Shown: piece after piece, positions 1 to 13,509 of the stretch | Layout: every line of letters begins with the position of its first letter | Position numbering within the stretch: the first letter of the stretch is position 1 | Assembly (NCBI RefSeq): GCF_000150275.1 | Contig: NW_002060945.1 | Location: forward strand, 2,937,172-3,001,171 | Length of the DNA: 64,000 nucleotides | Direction of reading: 5' to 3' | DNA from: Trichoplax adhaerens | Lineage: Eukaryota > Animalia > Placozoa | Made by a program: the position numbers and the translations under genes | Notes under the pieces: generated by a model | The model's input: only the letters and a program-made list of their open reading frames with translations | What the model was told of the DNA's origin: nothing | The model's database searches: none

Positions 1-3000
1 AATTAGACAAATACTTGTTCCGTTAAATAGAAACAATTCTCATCGTTTTGTTAATATTCCCATACTTTCACAGTCTTATTGTCAGTATAAGACAAAATAT
101 GCCTATTTTCCTTAATAGAATGAAATTGGACTTTGATAGCAAATACAAAATTTGAACTTTGTTATCAGTTATTTTGGACTTTGATCACTTAGATTCAAAG
201 GAAGTACAAGACATGTTGCTCTCCTTGAATTTAGTGAATGGTAGCGCGGTAAAATTTTCAAGAAGTTGTAGTAAATTAATCAATGAATGATCTGTAATTG
301 AAGTAGAAATAATTATGCTGCAGTTACTGTCTACAATTTATCTTGTCCATAGGACAGAAATGGTTCGCTATTACCGGCATTAATTACATCTTTTCAAGTC
401 ATAATGGATATTACTATCATATAGTTAAAATAATTTAACGACAAAAGACAAACCACGTATAATACATGCATTTATTAGTGTAAATCTTTTACAAAGATAT
501 GTAGCGCTATAGTAAAATTCTTTACTAGTAGGTTGAAAACTTACACGTGGATGTCGGAAAATTTTATAGCCTTTACATTATAAGCAATGCAACTTGTCGG
601 CTTTTACTATTATATATATAAAGCTATTAAATATATTAGCAAGTATGCTCTAATGTGTCTCCATGTCAATAAAAGTATTATATTTTTAGCGAAGTAGATT
701 TCAGGTAGTATTTATGGCGCGAATTATCGCGAAATCTGTAAAATGTAGAATTTCCAAAGCCATCATTGCATGTTATTAGTGTAATTACATCAATACGAGT
801 AAGGGTGTGTAATCCGACTTGAATCTTGTAATTGCTAGCAAAAAAATTCCATATTACGGTACATCTTTTAACAAAAGTGCGGATTAAGTCTTACACTACA
901 TAGATTGGTATCGTGTGCAAAATAAAATTATCATTTCCTTTAGTAAAGTCAGCTCAGCGATGAGAAATATCAATGAAGAGGATTCATCCTAGCAATTTAT
1001 AATAAGGCTGCTGTCCCCTTTAATCCTTCAATGAAGGAAATCATTCACATAGCCATGAATCTATGAAGATCTACAAGCCATACATTGGAGTCGGTAGTAG
1101 AAAACTAAATGTTCAACGCTAACGAAGAAAGGTGTGCCCGGTAGTCCTTAAATTAATTCTACCATATCAGCTATTTGCCTTTGAATCGTTAAACTACAAT
1201 TTTATTACTTGACAAAGTAGTCTTCAATGTTGTTTTATCATTCACTGGAAATATACAGCTACGTTATAGTCATAGTAAAAATTTCTGGAATGTTCTTTAA
1301 TTACTGTTTCACTTATTCATTATACATCTAGAATTTCAATATACAGTAACCAGTTAGTTTACAGAGTTTCTATCAATCATTTCATAATGAACCCAGTGTC
1401 TTGAAATATCCTTACGTATACAGTATAGTAGCCCTTCATCTAAATGATCTAATCGATCAGTTAATTTTTTCCATAATTTTATAACGCTCACTGATAATAC
1501 CACATATTACAAGCAGAAAATCCTGCTTTTGCCTAAGGATGATTCTAAATGTTTACCTAGTAATACTCTAATAAATTAGAGCTTGCTGTACAGTGTACAA
1601 TGGCAGATACTGCTTGAAAAGCAAGTGCTTGTAGCCGCTCATGAGACGGGGTTTTACTGTTTGTACAGTATTCTTAAATCGATACAAAATAATGTTATTA
1701 TAATTGCATATTAAGCTCTATCTTACCTTTTCCTGATATCATAGCCTTATCTAAGCATCACCAAAGTTTTATTGGCAAACAAACTAAATCTAAAGCACAG
1801 TTACACTGTGATGCTGTATTACACATTACTGTACTACAGTATGTAATCCAGAATACTGTAAGTTATTTCTTGCTGATAATAATAATTAATCATTACTGTA
1901 TAATCTTATCAATTTAGATAAAAGTATGTGATAAATACCCTATGTTACTATCTGGTAGTGCAAGTATTCCTATAGAAGTTCCTGGGTTAATGTATGTTCT
2001 CTCGGATTACTGAGTAGAGAAGGATGGCAAAATGGATTTCACTTGATACTAAAGATACCCTCATCAAAATTCATTACAAAGTACTGAAGATCAAATAATA
2101 CAAGCAAACGCTTACGTAGAATTCACGAATACTTACAACTTACTATATTAGCCAATAAATAGATCACACATGACCCTACAACTTGCAGGTATCTTATTAT
2201 AGTCGTCCTACAAAAAAATATTGCAACTTGGGGGTCTAAGCCAAAATTATTAGTTATCTTCTAAATTCCATTTCAAGTTAAACTAAAATCTATTTAAAAA
2301 AATCATCGTACTGTACAGTATCAGACTTGAACTACCATTTCCAAGCTCTTCCGTTGTAGTAGCGAAAGAGATCGACTGTACTGTATATTAATTTTAGAAG
2401 TCCATAGTTTAATGCAAGTTAGCAAATAAAAGTATGCGAAATGCTTCTGGTTAAACCTCCACAACAACTTATAACTTCATAAGGTAAATCAGGAGTCTCC
2501 GATGTAATAACTTGTTATGATACTGTCATGTCAAATTTTTCATTCCAGAAAATCAGTAAAAGTACAGGTCTGTTCAGTTTTGTACATACGTATAGATCAG
2601 AGATCCTTTATTTTAAATTTGGGGAAATTTTTAACCGTAAATACCTGACACTGGAAGTGTCGTCCTGAATATCTACAATTTCGTAGGAAATATTTTTAAA
2701 TGTATGTTGATTGCACGTAGCAAGATCACAGATGCTGGATCAATTTCGGTGTGCGTGTTACCGACCCGTGCATTACGTAAGACTATATATCGTTGGATTA
2801 TCAGGAACTTGATTAGATACGTTGTAATCAATTTACATTTTGTTCTTCCACATTGTGTAAAAATATTTCGAAGGATAATTAAAATAAATTATTGGATCTA
2901 ATCCTGTTTATTTTAGAAAATGCAAGCCCAATTTCCATCGATGGCATTCGTCATTCGTATGTAGGTAGCAAAGTCTGATAATTCGTAAAGTACCCACTAG

Positions 3001-3463
3001 CTAATGCACAAACAAGAAACAAAGTTTCAGCTGTAGTGTTTATTTGCAAAATGTGCTGATTTCTTTCTTATCTGCGTTGTAAAATACTGCACAGATATTG
3101 ATAATCTCAGTTTCTTGATAAGCGGTAGCGTACCCTAGCTAAAGATCCGATTTGACCAAAATCTTTACCTGTTTCTTGCCACTGTGGCACCATCGAAGTT
3201 TTCACGTACGGTACAGCGCGATACAGTACGGTTCTGTATTAAAAAATACCGTGATGACAGAACATTGATCGAGTTTTCTTCTATTCTTTATCTTGATGCA
3301 CAAGTACGTAGCTAGTGTCTTTTAGGGGAATACATTAATCTCTCACTAAAGTTTAATAGTGCAGTGGTAGAGTAATACTACAGTACTATCTTGGCGGAGA
3401 TTTAACGTTTTCACGATCTTCTTTGCTTACTGTTTATCCAACGTTCTTGTTACGGTCGTAGCT

Positions 3464-4489
3464 ATGATCGAATGGGCAAAGATTGCAATTGCAATATCAA
3501 TTCCGCAAATTGGCAGCTACGTGAGTAACCATGTTGCTATTAGCATCGACAATTCTTGGTACAGGAACTTGAAAAAGCCGCATATGTTCAATACTCCTTC
3601 TTGGATAATCTCACCGTTCCAGATAACAACCTATTCCGCTACAGGATATGCGTCTTACCTTGTATTGCGGGGCATGGACAACTTTGGCGATGGCGCAGCC
3701 ATTGCTTTGACTTTTTACGGAGCTTCTTTGGCACTCAATTTTACTTGGCTTCCGCTTTGCTATCAAACGAAAAATCTAGGACTTGTAAGACTATAGGATT
3801 GAAGCATCAGTAGGATATTTTAATAGTAATAGAATGTGCAATAATTTAATTTGTTTTATAGCTCAGCAAATGTATACGATCATACAGTAACTGCTGTAAT
3901 TCGACAGTGGACTGCTTGACAGTTAATGTACTCATTATTATTACTAATTGAATTAAAGCAAAGGGCTTTATGATATTTACCAAAGATACTCAGGAATGTA
4001 GAGTAGAGTATGATCCTGTCTACAAAATATCTTTGGCCTGAAAACTGTACTGTATACATTTCATTGCGAAACTATTAGACCATAGTAGCAATAAATCTCT
4101 ACCATAAAGTACGTACGTATTCCTGTTTATTTTTCCGGAATTTTTTACTCCGTAACCTTTCAAGTCCAACCCGTACTCATCGCACCTTTTAGAACCCTAC
4201 TGTACTAGACAGACTACACCAGAGAGTGTACTGGACACTATTGCAAAATGTAGCATAATTCTCTTACTCTTTTATGTGCATAATTTTAATTCTATGCTGT
4301 TTTAAATTAAAGGCTACAGTTGGTGCACTAGCCACTTGGGGTTGCGCTATCCAATGTGTCCGTCGTTTCTATCCGATCAGTATCACAGCTGGACGATTAA
4401 CCATTCCGTATCTTGCATGGCTATCCTATAAAGCTATCTTTAATATCGCCGTTTGGTGGCATAACTCTAAAGGGGAAGAAATAGAATGA
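3464..4489 (+). CDS. TSPO: Translocator protein (TSPO/MBR family), divergent paralog; exons 3464-3784, 4313-4489
   Basis: WYRNLKKP...TYSATGYASYLV, LALNFTWLPL and PYLAWL motifs; phase-0 GT-AG intron joins the two ORFs into ~165 aa. Confidence 0.88.
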
Positions 4490-6229
4490 CTACAGACTAC
4501 AAATCCTTGAACATGTAATCTTTAACCATGTCTTTAACAATAAAATCATTAGAGGCATTGAAGATTCTTTTTTGACTTCTGGCTTAACAATTCGTGGATC
4601 AATGTAACGCACCCGATGTCAAAGTCTAAATAATTTCACCATTGTAGTTTAAAACTATTCAATTATATGATTATATTTATTATCTGTAAATGTCGGTGTG
4701 GTGTTTACATCTATTTCTGTTGCGTTAAACTCAATAGCTTGTGCACACTATATGAAGATATAAAGTATAAATTTTATCAAAATTAGCCAAGCTTTAGCGA
4801 TATCATATTCTATTAAGTACTATGAATTTATCAGTTATCATAAGACTTGAACTGTATAGGTAATAAAATTTTGCATTTCCGTTCATGATTGTTGCGCTTT
4901 GCTATTTTTAATAATAATTTTTAACCCTGTGGGTAATGTATAATCAATGTTATAACATCGTGCAGCATTGAGTATAGATCGTCGAGACATGCAATCGCTA
5001 ATAGTCTAAGCTGATGAATGCTATATAGCCTCACGGTTCATATATTAACTTGACTGATAATTATAACTATTGTTAATGCAATATTCCGAGCATACGTTTA
5101 CAACTAGTCGGGCTGCTATTGTGGTATCATTAATTAGCCCAACAAATCACAAGAAGCATTTTCTGGTAATCTTATAGAACTACAGTGAGAACTGCGGAGC
5201 TGTACTCAAAGAAAAGGCTACGATCGATGGTTTTAAGAAATTATAGGGCTTGCAGAGATCAGAATTCTACCCAGAACCTATATATATATACACTTACCAC
5301 ATACCTCTGTTTGTCAAGCTAGGACTAAACCAAATGCAATTCGGTATGAATATTGACATTGATTAGTATGACGTCTAAGTAAACATTTGAAGAACGCTAT
5401 AAATTAAATTACATCTTATTCTGCTTAGCGTCATCTACTGTATTACAAATTGACCTTTTCAGAATAAAAGGTCACGGGTTATACCATCGTACAGTAAGTA
5501 CTACCTACTGTTAAGGACTACGTCTCATATAATCACTCCTAATCAGCGGATGTACATTTTGAACAACATGTTGCGGTACCGAATCGTCTGAGATGTATTT
5601 TACGCGTATTTAGTTCCCTACTTAGCTATTGCATGCGTTAGCTTAAGTAGATAGGAAGCGAATGGATGTATCTCCCTTATAGTAATCCCTACTAAGTTTT
5701 ATTGCACTTGCACTTTTAATGAATCACGCAGTATTTTTCAAATTGTGAATCAATAATACCAGATCAGTTTATATGAAATGTGATTCAAGTACGATCAGTG
5801 AATTAAAATTCGGTTATCTTCAACATGTTTATTTTAACGATTTCAAGACGTCAATAATTGTGAAATATCCTCAGCATAGTGTAGCAAACCTTAGACGCAT
5901 GATAGTATTAAACCTACAGAATCGTAATACGAAACAAAAGCGTACAGTACGGCAGTAGCCGTTTTTACAAAACAGATCAGCCTATAGCCACTTACGAATT
6001 TATACTAAGCAGGTAATTCGACAATTAGGAACGATAGTAGCATGCTACATTTTATAATCTACTTATAGCGATGAAACCGAACATTTGAAATCATAAAAAA
6101 ACTTCTACCATTTATTAGTACTAAATATTACCATAAGCGTATTACTATACAGCATACGTTAAAAATTTGCCTTGTGCAGTCTTCAGGTACGGAAAAGGAC
6201 CAAGTAATGTAGAAGCATCCTATTAAAAA

Positions 6230-6986
6230 TTAGAACTCATCGTACCTATTCATTGCATAGAGAGTAAAATTTAACGATGTTGCAATTGATAACCATATCA
6301 AGTAAGGGAATAGAAGCAATGAAGAGAGTCGATTGAACTTCCAAAACAAGAACATGAGAGTAATAACAACGGCCACAAGCATTATTATTATGATTGCACC
6401 CTAAAAAAAATCGCAAAAAAATTGGTCATAAGCATGCTACCTACCTCTAGGGCAAAGATGCTTAATTTTTTCTACTGATATTATAATGATAAACTGATGC
6501 GAAACGATTCTTTCAGCAACAATAATAATTATATCATAGCAAAGCTAATGTATTATATCACTGCACTATGAACGTTGTTGTAGGTTTAGACAATAAAAGC
6601 GTAATTTTCTATAGCGAAAATTAATTTATTCTTACTCCTTCCAGAGATCTGCCATTAAAAAATACCGGAGTCCACGTCAAATTTAAGAGCAAATTAAAGA
6701 AGTACACCCTTAAACTTAATCCTGCTTTCCCCGTAAATCCATCTCCATCACGCCAAACTAAGAAAGCTGCAAGCCCCATCGTACAATATAAGTAAGTCCA
6801 TACTGGTGTAAATGCTGCGTTCGGAGGAGTGAACCCTGGTTTCTTCAGTTGTCCATACCAACCCCCTCGACCAACATCACTAAAAAGTGCTGGTATAACG
6901 CCGGCTAAGTTGGCACTAACGACAAAGAGGATTAATTGCCACCAGTAGACCAAGATTTTAGTTCGAAGATAATCTACAACACTCAT
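6230..6986 (-). CDS. TSPO: Translocator protein (TSPO/MBR family), second paralog; exons 6986-6636, 6400-6230
   Basis: WYGQLKKPGFTPPNAAFTPVWTYLYCTMG, LNLTWTPVFF; exon 2 reads ...LLFPYLIWLSIATSLNF...; phase-0 intron at the same position as in the + strand copy. Confidence 0.92.
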
Positions 6987-9699
6987 AATGTTTTCGCCTA
7001 TAATGTTGGTGTAACAAGCAATATCGTCAATCTATTTTATACCCTTGCAGTCTGAATAGCCTACGCTAATATACTCGTACAGTAAAAATTATTTATGAAT
7101 TCACGATGAATAGATTATATGTATAAGGGTCATCACGTGTAATCTGATCTGCCCTACTGTTTGCAATACATACTGATAAAAGTACATAACGTTTACTTTA
7201 GTGTACTCCAAGTCACTAAGTAATCATCGCAATGATTATATTGATCAAACTGGCCGTTAAAAAGAACCTTTATTCTACTTCCGTACGTACGCCAAATGGA
7301 TTAGTGCAATTCTTAACATTTGCTATAATGTACAACAGTTATCAGTTTAACAGTTCGTGAAATACTTTCGTACGTACGTAGATCGCTTTTATGTTAAAGC
7401 AAGTTGTAACGTTTGCTACGGCTAATTGTACGAAGAATACTGGTTTTTACTTTATACTACATATGATATGGAAGCGTAGGTTACTGTTAGACTTATCTAA
7501 TGGCTATTTTTTATAATTAAGATGATTACGAGCGTCGTTTGCATACCACCATCACATCTAGATTGCGTATCTTATCAAACTATTTCATCGACGAGAGATA
7601 TACTTTATCGACTGTACTACTGTATAACGAGTTATATGTATTTTATATATAACTTTAATATGCTCTATACAATACAACAATGTGGTACCGTAAAACCACA
7701 AGCACAGCTTTAATAGCATAATAAACCGATTTACACTTAAGATAATTAAATAATGTGAAATTGTCCACGTTTTAGTTTTTCAAATTACTTCTATACAAAA
7801 TTTTCGTTCAAAGCGTCATCAAATTTACCTTGTCGGGTTGCACAAATCGATTAGCTAGTCGTTAACGCAGTCTATGTTGAATATGGAAGTGTTTCGCAAA
7901 ACTGTAATGGTACAATTCTGTGATATTGTACGTATTAACTATAATTTGAATAACTCTTAAGCATACAGTATATAGAAATTTTGCGGGTGGACCGGTATGT
8001 ATTTGTCTTCCAAGATGCAACCTAATTAAAATGTTTATGGCAAAGATACAATACCAACCTATACAAAAGCCCAGTAGCTACAGTATACACAGTAATTGTT
8101 AATACTGCAGAGGAGGTACAAGTTAAGTTTATTGAATAGACTATTCTCTCTCATCGTACACAATATGAGAATAGACGGATTGATATTACAGTGCACATCA
8201 TGCGAAACTTGTTGCTAGACAATTGTCAGCGTTTTCTTTATAAAGCGAATCTAGTCAAATGTACTGAATCGTAGACTGAACTTAATTCTCTTGTAGAAGT
8301 TATTATATTACAGGTATCAGACAGCCATCACTTATCATAGCTCCTAGCGGGAATGAATAGACCTCCAGAATTTACGTTCTGGAAAATCGTGATAATTATC
8401 ATCGCTATCCCGTTCGATGTTGTCACAGAATCAGTTTCGATTGATTTCATAGCAATAGTTGATGTTATAATGTGCAAATATTTCGGGTTTATAGGCTCTT
8501 TACAACTAATATTCTGCACGATGATCAAGTGTCGTCATCTATTGCATCTACTTCATTCCTTCTCTGTCTAATAATTAAACAAATTTAGTCAGCGCAGAAC
8601 AAATAACACGCACGTAATTTGTTGCATCATGAGACAGTAATTTAGTAATGTTAACAATTTACTTTTAAATGGAAATACATAGTATATTAATAGTCCATTA
8701 GGCTAATAAATTGAAAAGTGTTTTGTCAGTACGCTCCATTTTGATATAAAATAATTGATGTATTATTATCTCATTACCCTAATATTAATAAATTATCTAA
8801 CAATGCTATCGCTTGTCGGCTACGTAACGGGCCTTTCCGAAGTACAATATTATTCAATATAATATAGTACTCAGTTGTAGCTATCCGTATTTTGTAACTT
8901 CCTTCTTATTCACTCCGAAATCGAGCTTATGGTTGTAATAGTCATGGCTACTAAGTACTTGTACATATGAACATTCAACGCGGAACAGTACAACACTGTC
9001 TACCCGTATACTGTATGAATGTGACTCAGTAACGAGTGGTCCGTGAGTGTACGCGTTTTAATGTACACTATACTTACATGTCTGATGTGATAATAATATC
9101 AAGTAAAAAGTACAAACTGAAAAAAAAAAAAAGGAATGAAGATCTCCTTGGTACATATAGACTGTATACAGTAGTAAATCAGGCTGAGTTATGCGTGTGT
9201 ACAATAGAAATGATCGTATTATAGGGTCCTAATGTCGTAAAATGATATTTTGACCAGATATCGGTTCAGAGTTTTACTAGCTCAATGTGCTATTTATTAA
9301 CACCTGTGATACGAGGTAAAAAAGCGGTTTTTTAAGTACTGGAATTATGTAGTGTTGCATTAGTTAGTATATTATACAAGAATACAGACAGCAGTCTAGG
9401 AGAGACCACATGCGTACAGTACATATCGTTATATTAGGGTAACACCTAAATAGGATATTAATGTCAGGAGCGATAGTAAACTAATGTTGATAGTTTAGAC
9501 TACAGACCCTAGAGACCGTAGGATCTCTAGTTTACGCAGCTGCAGTATCAATATGATACAGTACCTGTCTACGTGATACGCAACGAGAGTGAGTGAATTT
9601 AGAGTGCCTGAGCTACGCCTTTTTTTTTACCTAATTATAACTATCTAAGCTTAAAAGGAAACTTTAAGAAAAGGAAAGAAATAACGAACAACATCCAAG

Positions 9700-12600
9700 A
9701 TGGAATTTGACCCTCTATCAACCATCAACGGTGGTAGTAGTGATCCTGCAACAGGTATACCTAGACACTATGTAGCCCATTTATTATTTATTACAAATTT
9801 ACTCTGCAACAACGATCAACTGTCAGTTGCTATCGCCACGAATTGCCACTGCAATAACCGTTTTGCCACGATCAGTAAATTAATCCAAAGTTATACTAGT
9901 ATATTATATTATGATAGCCAATGAACGATTAAAGCGGTGAAAACAGACTCTAATCTGCAAGGATTCCAATGCTCGACCAATGTAATTATTGAGCAGCTCA
10001 GTGAATAGCTTGAAACAGGATATAGTACAATATGCGTCAATAATCATACATACTACTAATAATATTAATTTGTTAACACCTGCTATTCCTTATTCAATAT
10101 ACTGTACTCATATACTGTACACTTGAAAGGTACAATTAAATGAACTATTAGTATGAGCGAGATAATAGTAGGAATCCTCAATTTACTGCATATCGTGCTG
10201 GAAAAATGGAATAAGTTACATCAAGAGAAGTAATGTCGACGAAAGGTGCAGTTCATTAAAACCAAAGCAAGATGCATATGCGCAATCCAGCCCCGTCCCC
10301 TTTCCTAAAATAGTCTAGTAGATTACTTTTCATGCCGATAACAATCAATTTATTGTACTTGATAAATTCCATTTACGGGTAGTTCTAAAATCTTCAATCT
10401 TTTCTAGTCTGTTGGACAATAATTTTATCTACAGGATACCTTCGAGTTCTCTCGAGGTACAAACTGTAATTAATAACAGAGGATACCATGGTAATAACAT
10501 GAAAATCCTCATGCCTTATAGTACTTTTACTTCAAGCTGTTCAATAGAAATTCTTCCACCTTAATTTTTAACACTGTACCACTTAATCGTTTGAAGTAGT
10601 AAAGTTATTTTTCCGCACTAAAGCAATATATTAGTCAGTACTAACACTAAAGAACTAGAAATAATAAATAAATATCCACGTATTTATCTCCGTATTCTGT
10701 AACTAATTAATTAATTAAGACTATTATCAAATTTAGTGTACCCTGTACAATTCCCTATCATTGCAGAATTTGGTAAACAATTAATTAATTATAACAATCA
10801 TCTTTAGTGCAACGTACGATTAGGACAATAATCCAGTAATATCTAAACGTTTACTGAAATTCAGTGTAGTATAATGGGATTGTGACGTATTTCTCATCAT
10901 TCGTTTAAGTCCTGACCCTTATAAATAATCTTGCACTTTGCATTATCCGGTCAAGATACAATCAATATTCTATTCGTACATTTAATCAACTGTAATCACA
11001 AAGTTGTTATTTGCTAAATTTTTCCTACATTTAGAGCCCATATTGATAATATATTGTGTACTTTAAGGGCAAAGTCGAGATTTACAGACCACCTCAAAGC
11101 CAGCATCGTTCGATATGTTTGATTCCCAAGCACAAAAGCCTCAACCATTGCAAACGGCAAACCAACAAAATCATCAGACCTCTGCTACGAAATCCACCGT
11201 TCGCGCAAGGCCCCACGCGAAAACAATGCCTGCCAATAGCGATTTATTTAATTTTCCTAGATTCAGCAACGATGACCGATCTACACCCAATAAAGCCAGT
11301 GTATCTAGCTCCAATACTACGGACATTATTGATACTTTCGCGCCTACTAGTACTAATAACAACGGCCCATCTGCTGCTGCTCAAGCCACCAATGATAATC
11401 CCTTTATACTTGCTAAATCTGGCGACAATTCTAAAAATACCAATGATCATTTCGAAAAAAACTCTGCCGTCAATACTTTCGTAACAGCTAATGCAACATC
11501 TAGCAATGCTTTCGGCATTGGAAATACTAAAGACGCTTTTGGTTCGAATAGTTTGAATGATCAATTCTTACCTTCCAATTCGGCTCCTATTACAAGACAT
11601 GTTACTTCTAATCAACAGCAGTCTACAAACATTAATTTTGATTCAAGTCTCGCTGGCAATAGTCAACTGCCACCGCAACCTTCCTTTAATAGTTTTCTTG
11701 TCCAATCCACGACCTTAAATGATCCTAATATCATTGTTACAGCGAAAGAACGGATTGACAATCAAAATCCTGCAGTTCAAGCATCGACCAACGGCGATAG
11801 CTCGACAGCAGTAAATCCACAGGAAATCATCGCCAATTTAGCAAAATCTGGTTTTATATCCGAAACAAAGTCAACCGTCAATGCTAATACACCTAGCAAT
11901 ACCTTCTCACCAAATGGAGCACAAGAGCAAAAGCTGGCAAAAGTGACACACAAGTTTATACCGCGTCACGAAGACGAAATTTTATTAGATATTGGCGATA
12001 ATATAGAAATTATCGAAGACTATCCGGACCTGTGGTGCCGAGGCAAGAATATCAGAACTAACAAGAAAGGAATTTTCCCGGTTTGCTGTGTCGTCGTTGG
12101 TAATTATACTCATTTAAATGCTATACGTTATTTTCGTAACTAACTAGTAAAATTAAAATCAAGTAAAAATATGCCCAATCAGTTAGCTGAAACCGAAGTT
12201 TGTGTTTTTCGAATTATCCTTACTACTACATATTGTTCGGGTTTAAGCCGCAGAAACATCAACATATTATTCAAATTCTATTTTAATATAATCGTAAAGG
12301 ATATTCTGCAAGCTGTTGATTAAAGAGTTTATGTTGATGTCCTCTCTTTTAAATTAGACAACAATAAAAAAAGAATCAATAATTGTATAAGGTATATACT
12401 GTACATTATTTCATTATATAAATGCTTACAGAATTAATTGAACCAAATTTTTGGGCTATTGTTGGCAATCTTAGATACCTAGGATCAGTTGTAACGCGAG
12501 AATACAAAGGTATCGATGTTATAAAGAACTGTACACAGCAAGTATGTTTGTAAACGTATACTAAGGAACGTTTGAAAAGACAAATTTTTCTAAATCAATA

Positions 12601-13509
12601 AGCCATTGTAACTTTAAAATATAGTGGCATATCGTTAATTTTCCCATTTACTTATTACTTTAGAACTCAGAGTACCCCCCATATACTTAAGCTTACCTTG
12701 ATTTAATGATCAATACAGATCCAAACTGGACGCCGATACAGTTTATCGGGCCTGCCAATCTACAGTATGGAAATATCAGAACATGGAATAAAAGTTGCAG
12801 AAAGTTCAGCTAAAAGAAATGCACAAAGCTACACATCTACTAAAAAGGTAATTGAAAGAATCACATAGCACGATTAGAGTTCGTATTATTTCAACTACTT
12901 AATAATCAGATCAATCTAACAACAAAATTTTTCCGTGGTTGATTTAGAATCAAAAGCAAAACCTTTACCATTTAGATAAAGTAACTTTCGCTGGATGCCA
13001 TCCTAACAATGACAAGTGATTTATTAATTTATATCATAGTAAATCAAAAACTCCGCCCCTATAAACCTGACCAGTTGCTACCTTAGGCCCGATTGTTCCA
13101 CGGAATACTTCATATAGCTTTAATGCAAGTTTAAATTCGCCTTCTTGCGATTATAAACAGCTACTTTTTTTTATTAATAGAATACTTGGGTTCATCACCA
13201 AAGAAATGCCAAATAGTTACCAATGCCACATATTTCAAAGTGATTTATCGGCAGTTCCTATCGCGAGAGCTATTGGGTAATTATTTTCGATAAGTTACAT
13301 TTCTACACGTAGTATCCACTTACTTTCTTCAGAAAGATCGCATCTGACATAGCTCTGTAATAAAAGTAAGAAACAAGACGTTTGTAACACAGCGAATACT
13401 ACTAACTATGATCGTAATTATTAGAGATGCTTTTGGAATGTACTATAAGCGACGTCAAGTCCAACGTCAAATGAATAATAATGAAAATTCATCGAATGCA
13501 CAGTCATAA
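9700..13509 (+). CDS. JNK-interacting protein 1/2-like scaffold (low-complexity N-terminus, SH3, PTB/PID); ~8 exons
   Basis: Exon 1 (9700-9754) splices in phase to 11068-12099. SH3 HKFIPRHEDEILLDIGD...WCRGKNIRTNKKGIFP is JIP-type (FxPRHEDE). Downstream exons give PTB segments YLGSV...KGIDVI, VTFAGCHP, LGFITK...CHIFQS...IARAIGDAF; stop TAA 13507-13509. Confidence 0.85.

Noticed and set aside
185-291. Possible terminal exon on the - strand (DHSLINLLQLLENFTALPF...)
   Set aside because: Only ~35 codons; no convincing upstream exons or recognisable family.
8328-8571. Overlapping short ORFs between TSPO and the JIP-like gene
   Set aside because: No motif, signal peptide or repeated cleavage pattern; no splice support.
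11056-11564. Overlapping alternative-frame and antisense ORFs in the JIP-like exon
   Set aside because: Shadow ORFs of a real coding exon; no independent support.
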